Below are positions 12,804 to 24,238 of a stretch of DNA of 64,000 nt, one piece after another; the first letter of the stretch is position 1; every line of letters starts with the position of its first letter. The notes under the pieces were generated by a model. It ran no database searches, was not told the origin of the DNA, and saw only the letters and a program-made list of their open reading frames with translations. Position numbers and translations under genes: made by a program. This DNA comes from Azolla caroliniana (Eukaryota; Plantae; Polypodiophyta), in NCBI GenBank assembly GCA_043228905.1, contig JBHGNT010000004.1:9920001-9984000 (forward strand). Direction: 5' to 3'.

Positions 12804-14796
12804 ATATTTTCAAACTGTGTAGCATACTCTTAAGCCCCTAAAAATCATGTACATATGGTATGAGGTCATAAGTAAAGAAAAATATGTTTTCATTGCTCAT
12901 TGACACTAGATGTATTAGAGTGATGATCATACCAATGTTTTGAAAGTAGAATAAAATGGGTGGATCCTTCTGATGTTACGATGTTTTTAGATGTATTGAA
13001 ACGGTAGTATGCAATGAGGTGGTGTTGTTATTTTTCTTAAGTATAGCATAAAAGAGTATTTTTTTGACAGGTTATCTTCAACTTCTCTCTGTAATATTCT
13101 CAATCAATGATACAATGTTGTAGGCTTATACACCATGTGGCAATGTGGTTTATTTTCCTACAAGTATCTTGGCACTGTTTTCAATGTTCTACGTCCATAT
13201 CCCACAAGGTGAAGTGGTTATTTTTCTCAAAGATAATAGGAGTTTCAAATTTCACACCTAAAGACATAAATGTGTTTGTATGGATAATGATTTTGATTCG
13301 ATATAAACTCCAAAGGGAAGAGTTTGTCATAATTTATAAACAATATTCCTATTCGGTTTTCAAAAGGCAAAAAAATCTTCTTCTTGGACTTCTAGTTGAT
13401 GGATTCTAACTAGGATAGTTAAGGTTTGAACCTCTATTTACCTAGAAGATCAAGGATAGTAACCGATTAAATTTGTTTTGAGCCAAAAATGAACCATGAA
13501 ATCACGGCTCAACAACTTAATAATTTAAACAATTTGGTTACGTTTGACTTACATTAAAAAGTTGGGAATGGCTCAATTTGAAATTGTGTTAGTTCAAATG
13601 TTTATGTTTCGCTCGAGAATATTAAACAACTTATCATGTTCTTTTTATAATATAAAGTAATATAAAAATTATAAACCCTTACACATTTTAAAGTCGATGA
13701 TTTAAATTAATATTTCTTTTATGCAAAGTGTTTTTCAAAGTTTTAAAATGGTTTGGTTAACAACATTACCTACTTTGTTTGGATGGCTATCTAAACCTTC
13801 CTTTCATTACATTCTTGATTTGCAGTTGGGAATACTTCCGTAATGTGATTACCAATGGATTTGAGTGTCCAACAATTCTTGTTATTTCTTCGAAAGATGG
13901 TTAAAACTACCATTAGTATTATAAACCTTCAATCCTCACGATATCTAGATCTCCTTGTTATTAAACACAATGATGCCATTTAAATGCAACTCTAGGGTGA
14001 GCAAGGGTGGTTGAAATGTTCAAGTTAAAGATAAGGTTATAATTGAATGTCTTTGATAGTTGAGTTCTCATATGAATTAGAATTAGAATTAGAATTTTTT
14101 TATCGTTCATAAAGAGGACAATTTTGACCTATGGGACCAAAGTATACATGTGTTCTTGATATGTGTCTCCTTCCTAAGAAGGGGTATTCATACATTGAAG
14201 CACAAAGTCTCTATGTGTGAATAAAACATACACATATGAGGTCAACCTTCTTAGTGGTTTCTTACATATGGCAAATCTTAAGTTATCACTCACTCTTAGT
14301 ATGTAATCATATCTTGAACGAATTTCACTATATGTCGAGCATGTGAAGAGCAAGTGATATTCATCTTCTACCATGCCTTCATTGCATATTTTGCATGTTT
14401 TCAAGTCCATTACATTTTGATACCATGATGCAACTTCAATACCTAACTTGTGAGATCGAGTGCGAAGTAGTGTAAGGGCTCTACGATCATTACTACTCAT
14501 ATTGGTAATGAGATAAGGTTGGATATGATCAATAGGCATTCTTGCTTTATATTGAGACCAACATTCAGGGTTGACATTTGCAATATAGTATTCTAGCTTT
14601 GTCCTCTTAGCATCTTCCCACTTCATCCTTAATGATTCCACCAACCTTTCCTCAATCATTACATATTGCATAGCATTTCCCGAAAGCTCTAAAAGATCAT
14701 CCACACCCCATCTTCTAAACCATTTTCTTTTTTTTTCTTTTTTTTTTCCAAAAAAAAACTCCTTCCATTAGTTATAAAATTTTACAAATGAGAAGA

Positions 14797-17700
14797 TTAT
14801 GTACAAATCCCTAAAGGGACGCGATAGTTCCATCTAATGTGGAAGCCCACTGACTCAAGAAAGGGAGAGGACGACCATTGTTGGATGAAGGCTATGCGTT
14901 GTCTTTCAACTCCCTCGGAGCCACCTTTAAGGCCATCATATTGGCTCTTCAGCGTGGCTACAATTTCACTCCATATCTCTTGCAGTAACCTTGTTGGATG
15001 GGCGGTTTGGTTGGAGAAGACTCGCCTACATTGTTGTTTCCATAGAATCCAAAGGGTTATTGGGCTGGCCAATTCCAACACCTCTTGAGGAATAGAGTGG
15101 ACATTGCCGCTGGAGGAGAAAAGGACCTCTTGTGCTTTTATCACCAAAGTCATCCCCTCCTCCTGATGCTCGTATCGGCCAATTGCAGCCTGCAATGATA
15201 GCCAACATATATTTCCCCACTTGATTGAACCTTGCACTTGGCATAATTGCAACAAGCGGCCAACCCCCCGCCATATTCTATGGGACGTTGGGCAGTCCCA
15301 CAGGGCGTGTCGTATGGATTCTACTACATGTGGGCACTCTACACAATTAGGAGAGTTAAGGTTCCCACGTTGCCATGCTCCCACCGGTAGGGACTTATGT
15401 ATTAACAACCATTGGAAAGTGGTAATTCGCCTCGTGTGTTGTTGCTTCCAAATTGTCTGCCAAAACTTGGTGATTATTGCGGAGGGAACTTGAAATGTGT
15501 GCCAGACCTTCGCAGCAGCCGGTTCTCGGGCGGCTTGAGCAGCTAGAATGTGGCGACCCAATCTAGTTGTGAATTGGAAGAAAGGGATGGGTTTGCTTCC
15601 TTGCCCTGCGTAGGGATCACGCCATGTCCATTGCAAAGGGTCCCAACTGACCTTACGTAGCCATGTGTTTTCATGAGTACATATATGCCAATCGGGTTGT
15701 ACTTTGATCGGATCAGGATCTACAATCCATTTATGACCAGTGTACGCGAGTACTCGAATGACATTATTCTGTGTGGGTGTCTCAGTGTCTCGCAATTCAG
15801 GGCCTTTGAGTCTGTCTGGTGATCCCCTACCTCTCGGGATCAGAGAACCCTCCTCCTCGTGGCCTATCCATTTCTCCATTGTCGTCCTTTGAGTAGTAGG
15901 TTCCCTAATCAGTAGCGCGTTAATGATTTCCGATCTCATAGTCCATCCGCCCCTGATTCCATGGAGTATGTTCGCTTGATCTTGTAGTGGCATTGACATA
16001 AACCGTCGCCAACATTCTATACTTTTGCCTGGACCTTCTGCAATGTATCCCCATGACAACCCCTTACGTGATCCCAGTAGTTGATTAGATTCATCCTTGA
16101 GACACGGGTTCCATAGGATACGTTGACTGAGCCAGGCAGGTTCGGATCTCGGTTGATCACACTGGAGCCCTCGACGAATGTCACACCATGCCTTCCACAT
16201 GGATGCACTGAATCTGTCCTCCAAATGGCGGGAGAAACTAGGTTTGAGATCCATGTTTAGAATCCATCCCGTTTGGGGGGCCCAATTGACCCCTTTTCGT
16301 GGCCTAAAGTAAGCGAAACGTAACCTCAGTAGCATTTTCCAACAATCATTTCCTGGTTGGAGTCCTCGCACCACAAATTTGGCAAGTAAGGCTTTCGATT
16401 GTGAAAGGGGATCAATAAGACCCAATCCCCCTCTCGACTTAGGCGTTGTGAGTATAGGCCATGCCACCTTGGCACGAGTTACATGGTCTTCCTTACCAGA
16501 CCAAATGTAGTTGCGGACCAGTCGTTGAATCTGATGTATACTTTCCTTGGAGATTGTCCAACATGATAGACTGTACCATGCTGTTGCGAGGAGTACCTGA
16601 TTTGCGACTATGATGCGACCTGCTAGCGACAATTTTTTACAGCTCCAATGTATCAACTTTTGTCGAATGGAAAGGATAACGGGTGCAATCATAGTCTCCG
16701 GCGGTATGTTGAAACCAATTTGGAAGCCCAAATATTTGGTGCTCTCTCCTTGATTGATCCACTTGAAAGCGGGGTGTGGGTGCCACGCCGGATGTGTTTC
16801 CTGAGAGAGCCATATTGCACAGGATTTGTGCCAATTGATCATGGCGTTGGATCGCTTACAAAATAAAACTAGCCCACTTTCTAGCTTTTGGAGGTTTTCT
16901 AGGTCCCCTTGCAGGTAGACTACTGTGTCATCTGCAAATTCTATATCCAGGATGCTTTGGTAAGAATGAGGTATGGGAAGACCACGTAGGTTGAGATGCC
17001 GCGAGTTGAGAAAGCAAGAGAGTGCTTCGGCGTATAATAGAAATAAGGATGGAGCTAGTGGGCTTCCCTACCGTACAGATCGGGATATTCGGAAAAAGGG
17101 GCCCCTTCACCTGCCAGCGAAACGCAGCTGCTGCCATTCCTATAAAATCCTGCGATGCCTTTGATCCATGTCTCTTGAAAGCCGAGTTTCCTCATCACAC
17201 TTTCTAGAAAGTTCCAGCATACCCTGTCATATGCTTTCTCAAAATCTAGTAGCACCACCGCTACCTTCTTGTTGGTCTACTTGGCAAGGGCTACTGCTTC
17301 CCAAAATGAGAAGAGGTTGTCTAGGATGCTCTGATTTCTAACGAAACTTGTCTGGGACGGATGAATGAGTTGAGGGAGAAGTGGAGTTAAACGGCGTGCC
17401 ACGATTTTTGCGAGCAAATTATAGACAATATTGAGAAGAGTAATGGGCCGCCACTTGTGAATGTCGTTGGCATTCCCACCACTTTTAGGAATGAGATGTA
17501 TCATCCCCTGTCCAAATTCCTCTGGCATGATTCCAGAGGTGATGATCTCCTCATATGCTTGGAGGTGGTCTTCTTTAATAGTGCCCCAAAGGCATGTGAA
17601 AAAGTGCGGGTCAATTCCAGGGCAGCTCTCGGCATCTAAATCAGTGAGGGCCTCCCATATCTCAATGATTGATAGGGGACGCACGAGCTAGGTATTCATT

Positions 17701-19055
17701 TCCGGTGTGACTTTCTCGGGTATGCCTTAGAGGATAATATCATTGCTTATGTCTTCCCCTGTAGCTATCATGTCTTCGGTAAGTAGGCGGCTATAATACC
17801 TTGTGGCAATATTCCTCATTTCGTCGCCATCCGTAGTGGTCGTTCCATCCTCCCGGTTGAGGCTGCGCATCACAGTTCTAGTGTGCCTCGGGCCTTTGGA
17901 GCGGAAGAATTCCTTTGTGGTTTTGTTCCCTACTCGAATCCATCGCGCCATGCTGCCATGAAACTCCATGTCATATATTGCCTTTTCTGCCATGCTAAGT
18001 TCCTGTTTGGCCGTGGCGACTTGTCCTGCGATCCAAATACAGGATGGGTATCTCTGTTTGGAGTCGTTGTAAGGCTATTAGTCCCTGTTTTGTCCTCTTT
18101 CGCTTCTCCTGAGCATCCTTGCGTCTGGTCTTGACAATCTCATGTAGGAGAGTAGAGGCTCTTGTTAATTTAGCTAAAAGTTTGTCCGATGCTGATGAGC
18201 CATTGCCGGGTAATGACCATTGGTTGGATAGTTGGTCCTTCACGTCTATAAGTGTGTAAATAGTGTGTGGGATGTGGGTCTGGAATGGGCCCCATTTTTG
18301 GTGCAATTGAAAATGACCAGCTACCGGGTAATGGTCAGAGAAAGTCGTGCCTGGAGTTATGCGACACCACCCTCCCTTCGCTTCTAAAGCCTCTCCCACA
18401 TAAATGCGGTCAATGCGAGATAGGGTGGGTCCACTATTCCGCCCGTCTGATCGGGAGAATAGGAGAGAATCCCTTTTCCGTTGGAAGTTGGTAGAATGCC
18501 AGATGTCTCACAGGTTAAGGTGGACACATAGCCTCTCCCATTGTTTGCATTCCCTTCCTTGTAGAACTATGGGGTTGTTGTTGGAGCTATCATGAATGAA
18601 TTCGATCATATTATAATCCCCTCCAATGCACCACTCTTCCGCTTGTAGGCAGATGCGGTCCCAAAATGTTGCTCTTTTTGTTCTGTTATTTGGAGCATAA
18701 ACATTCCTGAAGTTCCATCGTTGCCCTTGGAGGTCAGCGTGCAAAAATGTGCCCTACCAGGTATAAGTGATTCTTGATGTATTAAGCCTTGGGCTAGATG
18801 TTCCCGAATCAAAGTGCAAATACCACCATGATTTCCATCCTCCCCAATTGCTGGCTCCTAAATCGTTCGCCATGATCTTGGTAGAAGGTCTCTGACTTCC
18901 TTTAACTGTGTTCTATCGAGGTGGTGTTCCTGCAACATGATGATGTCATCACCACTCCCTAGTAAATATTCTTCAAGATCCCTTCTCAGTTTCCATCTAT
19001 TTTGCTGGTCTAGTCTACTTCTGAGTCCTTGCACGTTCCATGTTATAATCTTCAT
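14797..19055 (-). pseudogene. L1 ORF2 (APE endonuclease, reverse transcriptase, zf-RVT), frameshifted
   Basis: MKIITWNVQGL, LQEHH, NVYAPN, GGDYN, SDHYPV; WRPITLLN, LDFEKAYDRV, EFADDT near 16925, KYLG; CVEC...HALWDC. Confidence 0.93.
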
Positions 19056-19057
19056 AC

Positions 19058-21340
19058 TCATGGAAGGGGGTGGGAGGTTGCCAGTTGTGCCTGGTGCTTT
19101 GTACAGCAGGTCGTGAGTGGGGAGCACTCACCATTTAGACATCCAATCATTTCCAGGGATGGAATAGTGGTCCACATCCATGAGTGGAGTTTGTGGGCTA
19201 TCTTGTGAGCTTCAATCGCCCCTTCATGCTTCTCATAGAAATAGACAAAGCTTGGAGTTAGTTGGGTGTTGATGATAGTCTGTAGGTGGATGTGGCAAAG
19301 ATGGGGGTCCTCTTCATCCATGGTGCACCAGAATTCAGTGTTATGACAATGTTGCTTTAGTTCATTCATGAGCTCTTCATCTTTTATTTGTGCTACAAAG
19401 CACGCTGCTTGGCTACATAACATATCTTTAATCTTGGATTTCGACCAATCTTCCTGAGTTGGAAGCAAGAGTGGAAAGGAGATTGAGGTCGTCGGAACTC
19501 CGTTATTGTGCACCGTTGATACATGTACCCTTATTTTTTCCACTGTCTTGAGCCCTATACCTAGCCATTTCAAGGCGTTTTGTGGGTGTGGTTCAAGGTC
19601 TTGGCTAGAGGAAGCACGCTCATTTGTGTCCGGGACAACTATGATTTGAGGCGTGACATTCACACTTCTACCTTGGGTTGTTGCTTCTGCATTGGGTGTC
19701 GTGCCACTCAAGCTCCTTATTAGGGTCTTTACATGACTTATTCGTCTGCGTTTCCCTGTTTTGTAAGCTTTAACGAGAACTTTCTCTTGGGTGCTTGGTG
19801 TCACCTTAGGTCATTCCTTGGGGCTTACGAAAGAACTAGGGGAATGCTCATATGTGGGGGGGAGGTCTTGTAGTAGATCAAAGCAATTGGGGCTCATAAG
19901 CGATGGAGGATTTTGTGCCGGTGATGTTTTTCGAAGGACATGGGTTTTTTCCACCACTCGCCATTCCATCACAGCCTTGTCGGGTCATGGTGGGGGAGGC
20001 TTTTGATGTCTTATGGTATCCTGACCTTCCAGAGTCTCCTTTGTAGGATCTTTAATATGTCTTGTGGGGCAATTCTTTTTTAAATGACCAAGTTTTTTGC
20101 ATGCAAAACATTGCCCCGATGCGCCAATCACTTCTATGCGTTGTTCAATTCGCATTCCGTTTTTCCTGGGAATGAGGATCTTGGAGGGAAGTTTATTGAT
20201 GTCCTGCACCAAGAGGCGGATAGAGGGAGGGCCTAGGTGCTTCTTTAGTCTGTCTGCTAGCGTTAGTTCCTCATCCAACATCATCCCAAAGGAGTTTCCA
20301 ATAGTAGGAAGTAACATGTTGTATTCTAAGGATAGTCCAGGAAACAACATCGTTACCTTTTTCACGGAGTCATCCTGTTGTGCGGCTTTCTCTGGGTTAA
20401 AACCATGTGTCCATTTACGCATGAACAACCATGTATTTCGGACCTAGCAGGGGGAAAGTGCTATGAGGTTCGTTGCAGACTCCTTGTCTTCTAGTATGAT
20501 TTGATAGAAGCCTTTACCAAGCGGTTGGACTTCTTTTATACCACGGAGTTGTGAATGGAATTGAGCTTGCAACATATCTCGCAACAACCCTCTGTTTGGT
20601 CGTGATCCCATCACTCGGCATATGACCGCTATTCGCTCAAGGCGCTCTATCTCTTTCTCAAGTAGAAGCATCTCTTCATTGTTGAAAATAATCTCAACAG
20701 GACCCCCGCTATCAGAGATGTTTTTTCCGTTATCGATCGAGGGGCTTGTTGGTGCAATGTGTTCGACAGTGACGATGTTTGAAGGTGCCATTAGTGATAA
20801 AATTGGACTGCGTCTCTCTTCTCTCTTCTCCTCGAACAATGGGGGAGTGGGGGGGTTTCACTCCTCGAATAGTGTGTGCGTGTGTGGGGGGGGGGGGGGG
20901 GGGGGTTCACTCCTCAAAACGTGCTCCTCCTCAAACAGTGGGGGAGGTGTGAGAGGAAACCCTAAATGATGGCCTCCTCATGAAACTGAGGAGGGCGATG
21001 TAGTAGCGGCGGGGAGGAGAGGCATCTGTGTCAATGAGCAGTGGGAGGCTTCTGGACCCTCACGTTTCCGCTGCTTCGGCTTCGGCTCTTGCTCTTGCTC
21101 TTGCTCCTACTCTTGCTCTGGTTCCGTTTCCGCTGTCTACCGGTGCGATTCAACCCTCATGCGCCGCTGCTCCAATCTGAGTTTCGTTCGAATGGAGTTT
21201 GTGATCCTTTTATGTCACAAAGAGGTGTTTCTCGACTCCTGCTCCGGCTCCTGCTCCTGCTCCGCTGCCTACCGACGCGAGTCAACCCTCCTGCACCGTT
21301 GCTCTGCTGTGCCGGGCGGGTCTCCTGGTGAGACGCCCAC
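19058..21340 (-). pseudogene. L1 ORF1 (DUF4283-like region and CCHC zinc knuckle) with RS-repeat N-terminus, interrupted
   Basis: LGKGFYQIIL, MRKWTHGFNP, CFACKKLGHLKKNC; RSRSRSRS-type repeats at 21050-21300. Confidence 0.8.
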
Positions 21341-22301
21341 ACTGCAGACCTCCGTCGGGGGTTGGCGCGCCGCTCTGCTGCACCCGCTCCAACCCTTCAG
21401 CTCCAAAGATCCTAAACCATTTCCTTATGTCAACAACCCAACCGGATGAGAGAATCTTACTTTTATGATTCTTTTGTAGCTTACATCCAATATTCCAAGC
21501 AAGATGTGGTAATCAATGATTCAGCATGTTCTTGACTTTTGTAATGTATTTATATACTCTTTGGAGTGCCAATAGTTCTATAAAGTCATTGTTGTGGAGG
21601 TTAAGTCATTAAAGTGACAAATTTGACACGTTTAGAGAGGCATTGTTACAAAGGAGCACATTGTATCTTGTTATCTAATTATCAACATTCCCCTGGAATG
21701 TTGTATCACAATGCCAAAAGAACTAGAGCAATTATAGATCATTACACCATAATGGAAGCCTTAGTTTTTTATCGTCTTCTTGTAAGAAAACTCTTATAAC
21801 AATTGTTATATTTCTTGCAAATTATATTGTAACATGCTTACCATTCTTGAAGCAACATACCTTGATCATATTCCTTCATTCAACACATGAGGTTGCATCT
21901 AGGCAAACCACAAAGGGCCATCTAATGTCAATTCCCATGCATATGAAGTTAAAAACTTGGATGGTAGTCAAGTTGGGTTGTATGTAGTCACACTCATAGA
22001 ATCATGTTAATGCACGTTAAAGTTAGAGCCCATTATGATGAAAGCCTACATAAGAAGCAAGACACAAAAGAAGTCTTTGAATGATGTTGGAGGTACATGT
22101 GAGATTTATTTGTTAATTCATATTCTCAACAACTTAAGAATGGCAAGTCAATATAGTGTCAACACCATAGTGACCTTGTACATGCATACAATAGGATGGA
22201 TAGATTCCCCTTGCTATAGCTATACACGGATTAGACAGTTTGGATTGAGCCGAGATAGGTGGTTAGGGTCATCAACGAAGACTTCAACTCACTCCATAGG
22301 C

Positions 22302-22302
22302 T

Positions 22303-22367
<65 letters not shown>
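22302..22367. repeat. Compound (CT)n(CA)n microsatellite
   Basis: Directly visible in the sequence. Confidence 0.95.
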
Positions 22368-22369
<2 letters not shown>

Positions 22370-22399
22370 CTCAAGAAATTGACCTCTTCAAAGGTAAGA

Positions 22400-23478
22400 G
22401 ATCTTTTGTGTATAAAAACTTAAATGCTCAAATGGATAGGTAGATAATGATATATTTAATCATGCTTTGCAACATGACATATGCCCTACTATTAGACCAT
22501 GAATTGGATCAAACCTTTACATAAAGGTGGAGATGAAAATAATGTAACCACCTTTACCATCATCATGATTGGCTCGCTAATGGAAAAACTATTTGGATGT
22601 ATTATGGAATCAATTGTAAGTGCACGGGCTGAAAAAAATGGTAAGAGAGTTTATACAGAAGATGGCTTTTGAAAATATCATACACCATTGGGAAATGGTT
22701 TGGAAGATGGGATGCAACACGCTTCATGATGCATTGATAAGTTTATAAATGAGGTCACCTTTTTTCAACACTAATGTATCATGACATGGGGAAGACATGG
22801 AGGCTCACACTTCACACATTATGCTACATATGTTGTGCCTAACAACAAAAATCATATTCTTTGCCAAATGGGGAAACTAATCTCACACATCAATATATAA
22901 TCACTCTTCTTCAAATATATGTGAGAGCCTATCTCTTTGCTTGCCATCCGAATTACCATTACTTCCATATAACTTAGCTCACACTTACTACACAATGTGC
23001 AACATGATGTTGGGGAACAAGTGATGAGAGTGGTTGAATATTCCCCACTTTTTCCCTAAACAAGGTCAAGATTCGGTGTATCACGCTTCAAGACAATGCA
23101 TGTATTGCCATAGATAAACTATGATCACATTCAATTGCGTATATGCTTTCCACACATCTTCTTCGGACAAACCTAATCCTCGAACATTGAAAGAGAGAGG
23201 GAGGGAGGGATCCACAAACTCACTTTCACATTATCATCATCTTATATTTTTATCGAGAGTGTCTAACTCCTTTTCTCACTCTACTCTTTAATCTTGCTCT
23301 CGCGGAGGGTTTTCCACCACAATGGACCATGAACACATTGGCCCCTACACATAAAGGAGGGGACCCCATAGAACCAAGACAATGCATGTGTTACCTATAG
23401 GTTATGATCATATTCAACTACATATTTGCTTTCCACACATCTTCTTCGGAAAAACCCAATCCTCGAACATCGGAAGAG
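22400..23478 (+). mobile_element. Internally deleted RTE/RTEX-like LINE remnant with duplicated 3' segment
   Basis: TIMIGSLMEKLFG RT N-terminal motif; 22690-23200 resembles 29766-30290; 23090-23190 repeated at 23375-23475. Confidence 0.65.
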
Positions 23479-23529
23479 AGATAGATAGATAGATTCGACT
23501 ATCGTCTTCGGAGTTCAAATATGACATAT

Positions 23530-24003
23530 TGTTACCGATTAGGAACACAACCTACTCTCCGTCCTTTGGGGGCTCAAGAAGATCGTGGTACAGAGAATGG
23601 ATAGCGTAGTATGTCTAGATTTAACCCACGAGAATGGGTAGTGGGTTACTGAGTGACCACGAGGGTAAGGCGTTAACAGGAGATGGCTACAACCAAACGC
23701 CTTCCTACCGTATGTTGTGGTTTAAACAGATACACCACGTACCCTCAGAACAGATATGCTTCCGAATCAACATAGAGTTCAGAAAAGACAACACAATTAT
23801 ATTAGACTGATTATACTCCCAAAACTACGCTAGTTGTTTACAATGTTCTTATGCCCTTTATATATGCAGGACATAGACGGTTACGCTTAGTGCGTGAACC
23901 GTTACATGCGCTTATGCTTCCTAATGCTTCTATCATTACAAAATATGTTTATCCACTAGTTCGCCTTTAATCTTCGCCTCGTTTCTCACTAGGACGGACA
24001 ATA
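23530..24003 (-). repeat. 3' LTR of element A
   Basis: Reverse-complement copy of 30338-30820; TATA box on the minus strand. Confidence 0.9.
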
Positions 24004-24052
24004 CCTAGCACGCTTGTGGGACAGTGCCATGGCACGTCAGACCCATCCTCCT

Positions 24053-24238
24053 CTACTCGTCGTCCAAAGTATCGAGGATATTCGGTTCCGGGCGCTTGTC
24101 GTTGTTTATCGTAACAGGTGGTGTCGTGACGTGGATGGGCTCCCCATTTTCTGGCTTCGCCGCAAGTCCCTGCATCGTGGTTTCTACATCTGTTGCGTCT
24201 CCCTCCTGATGGTCGGCCATCGCATCCTCCTGCAACGT
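24053..24238 (-). pseudogene. C-terminus of element A extra ORF (continuation of 51421-52250)
   Basis: EPLVQTL (52250) plus QEDAMADH... rejoin in frame across the element C target site; ends EPNILDTLDDE*. Confidence 0.75.

Larger units (their letters stand above)
14726..21411 (-). mobile_element. Full-length degenerate L1-clade LINE
   Basis: TSD CTAAACCATTT at 14715-14725 and 21412-21422; poly(A) tail (T-run near 14726-14748); ORF1 and ORF2 domains in order. Confidence 0.93.
14074..21590 (-). mobile_element. 5'-truncated RTE/RTEX-like LINE split by the L1 insertion (parts 14074-14725 and 21412-~21590)
   Basis: LRTRSHKLGIE...CKIC...EDEYHLLFTC C-terminal motif and (ATTCTA)n tail; removing the L1 rejoins ...SSGWVVDIRKWFR|RWGVDDLL in frame. 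Confidence 0.8.

Noticed and set aside
24006-24022. Reading the TGGCAC motif as the normal PBS of a plus-strand element
   Set aside because: TATA orientation, the pol strand and the genuine PBS plus gag after LTR 30338-30820 show these are 3' LTRs
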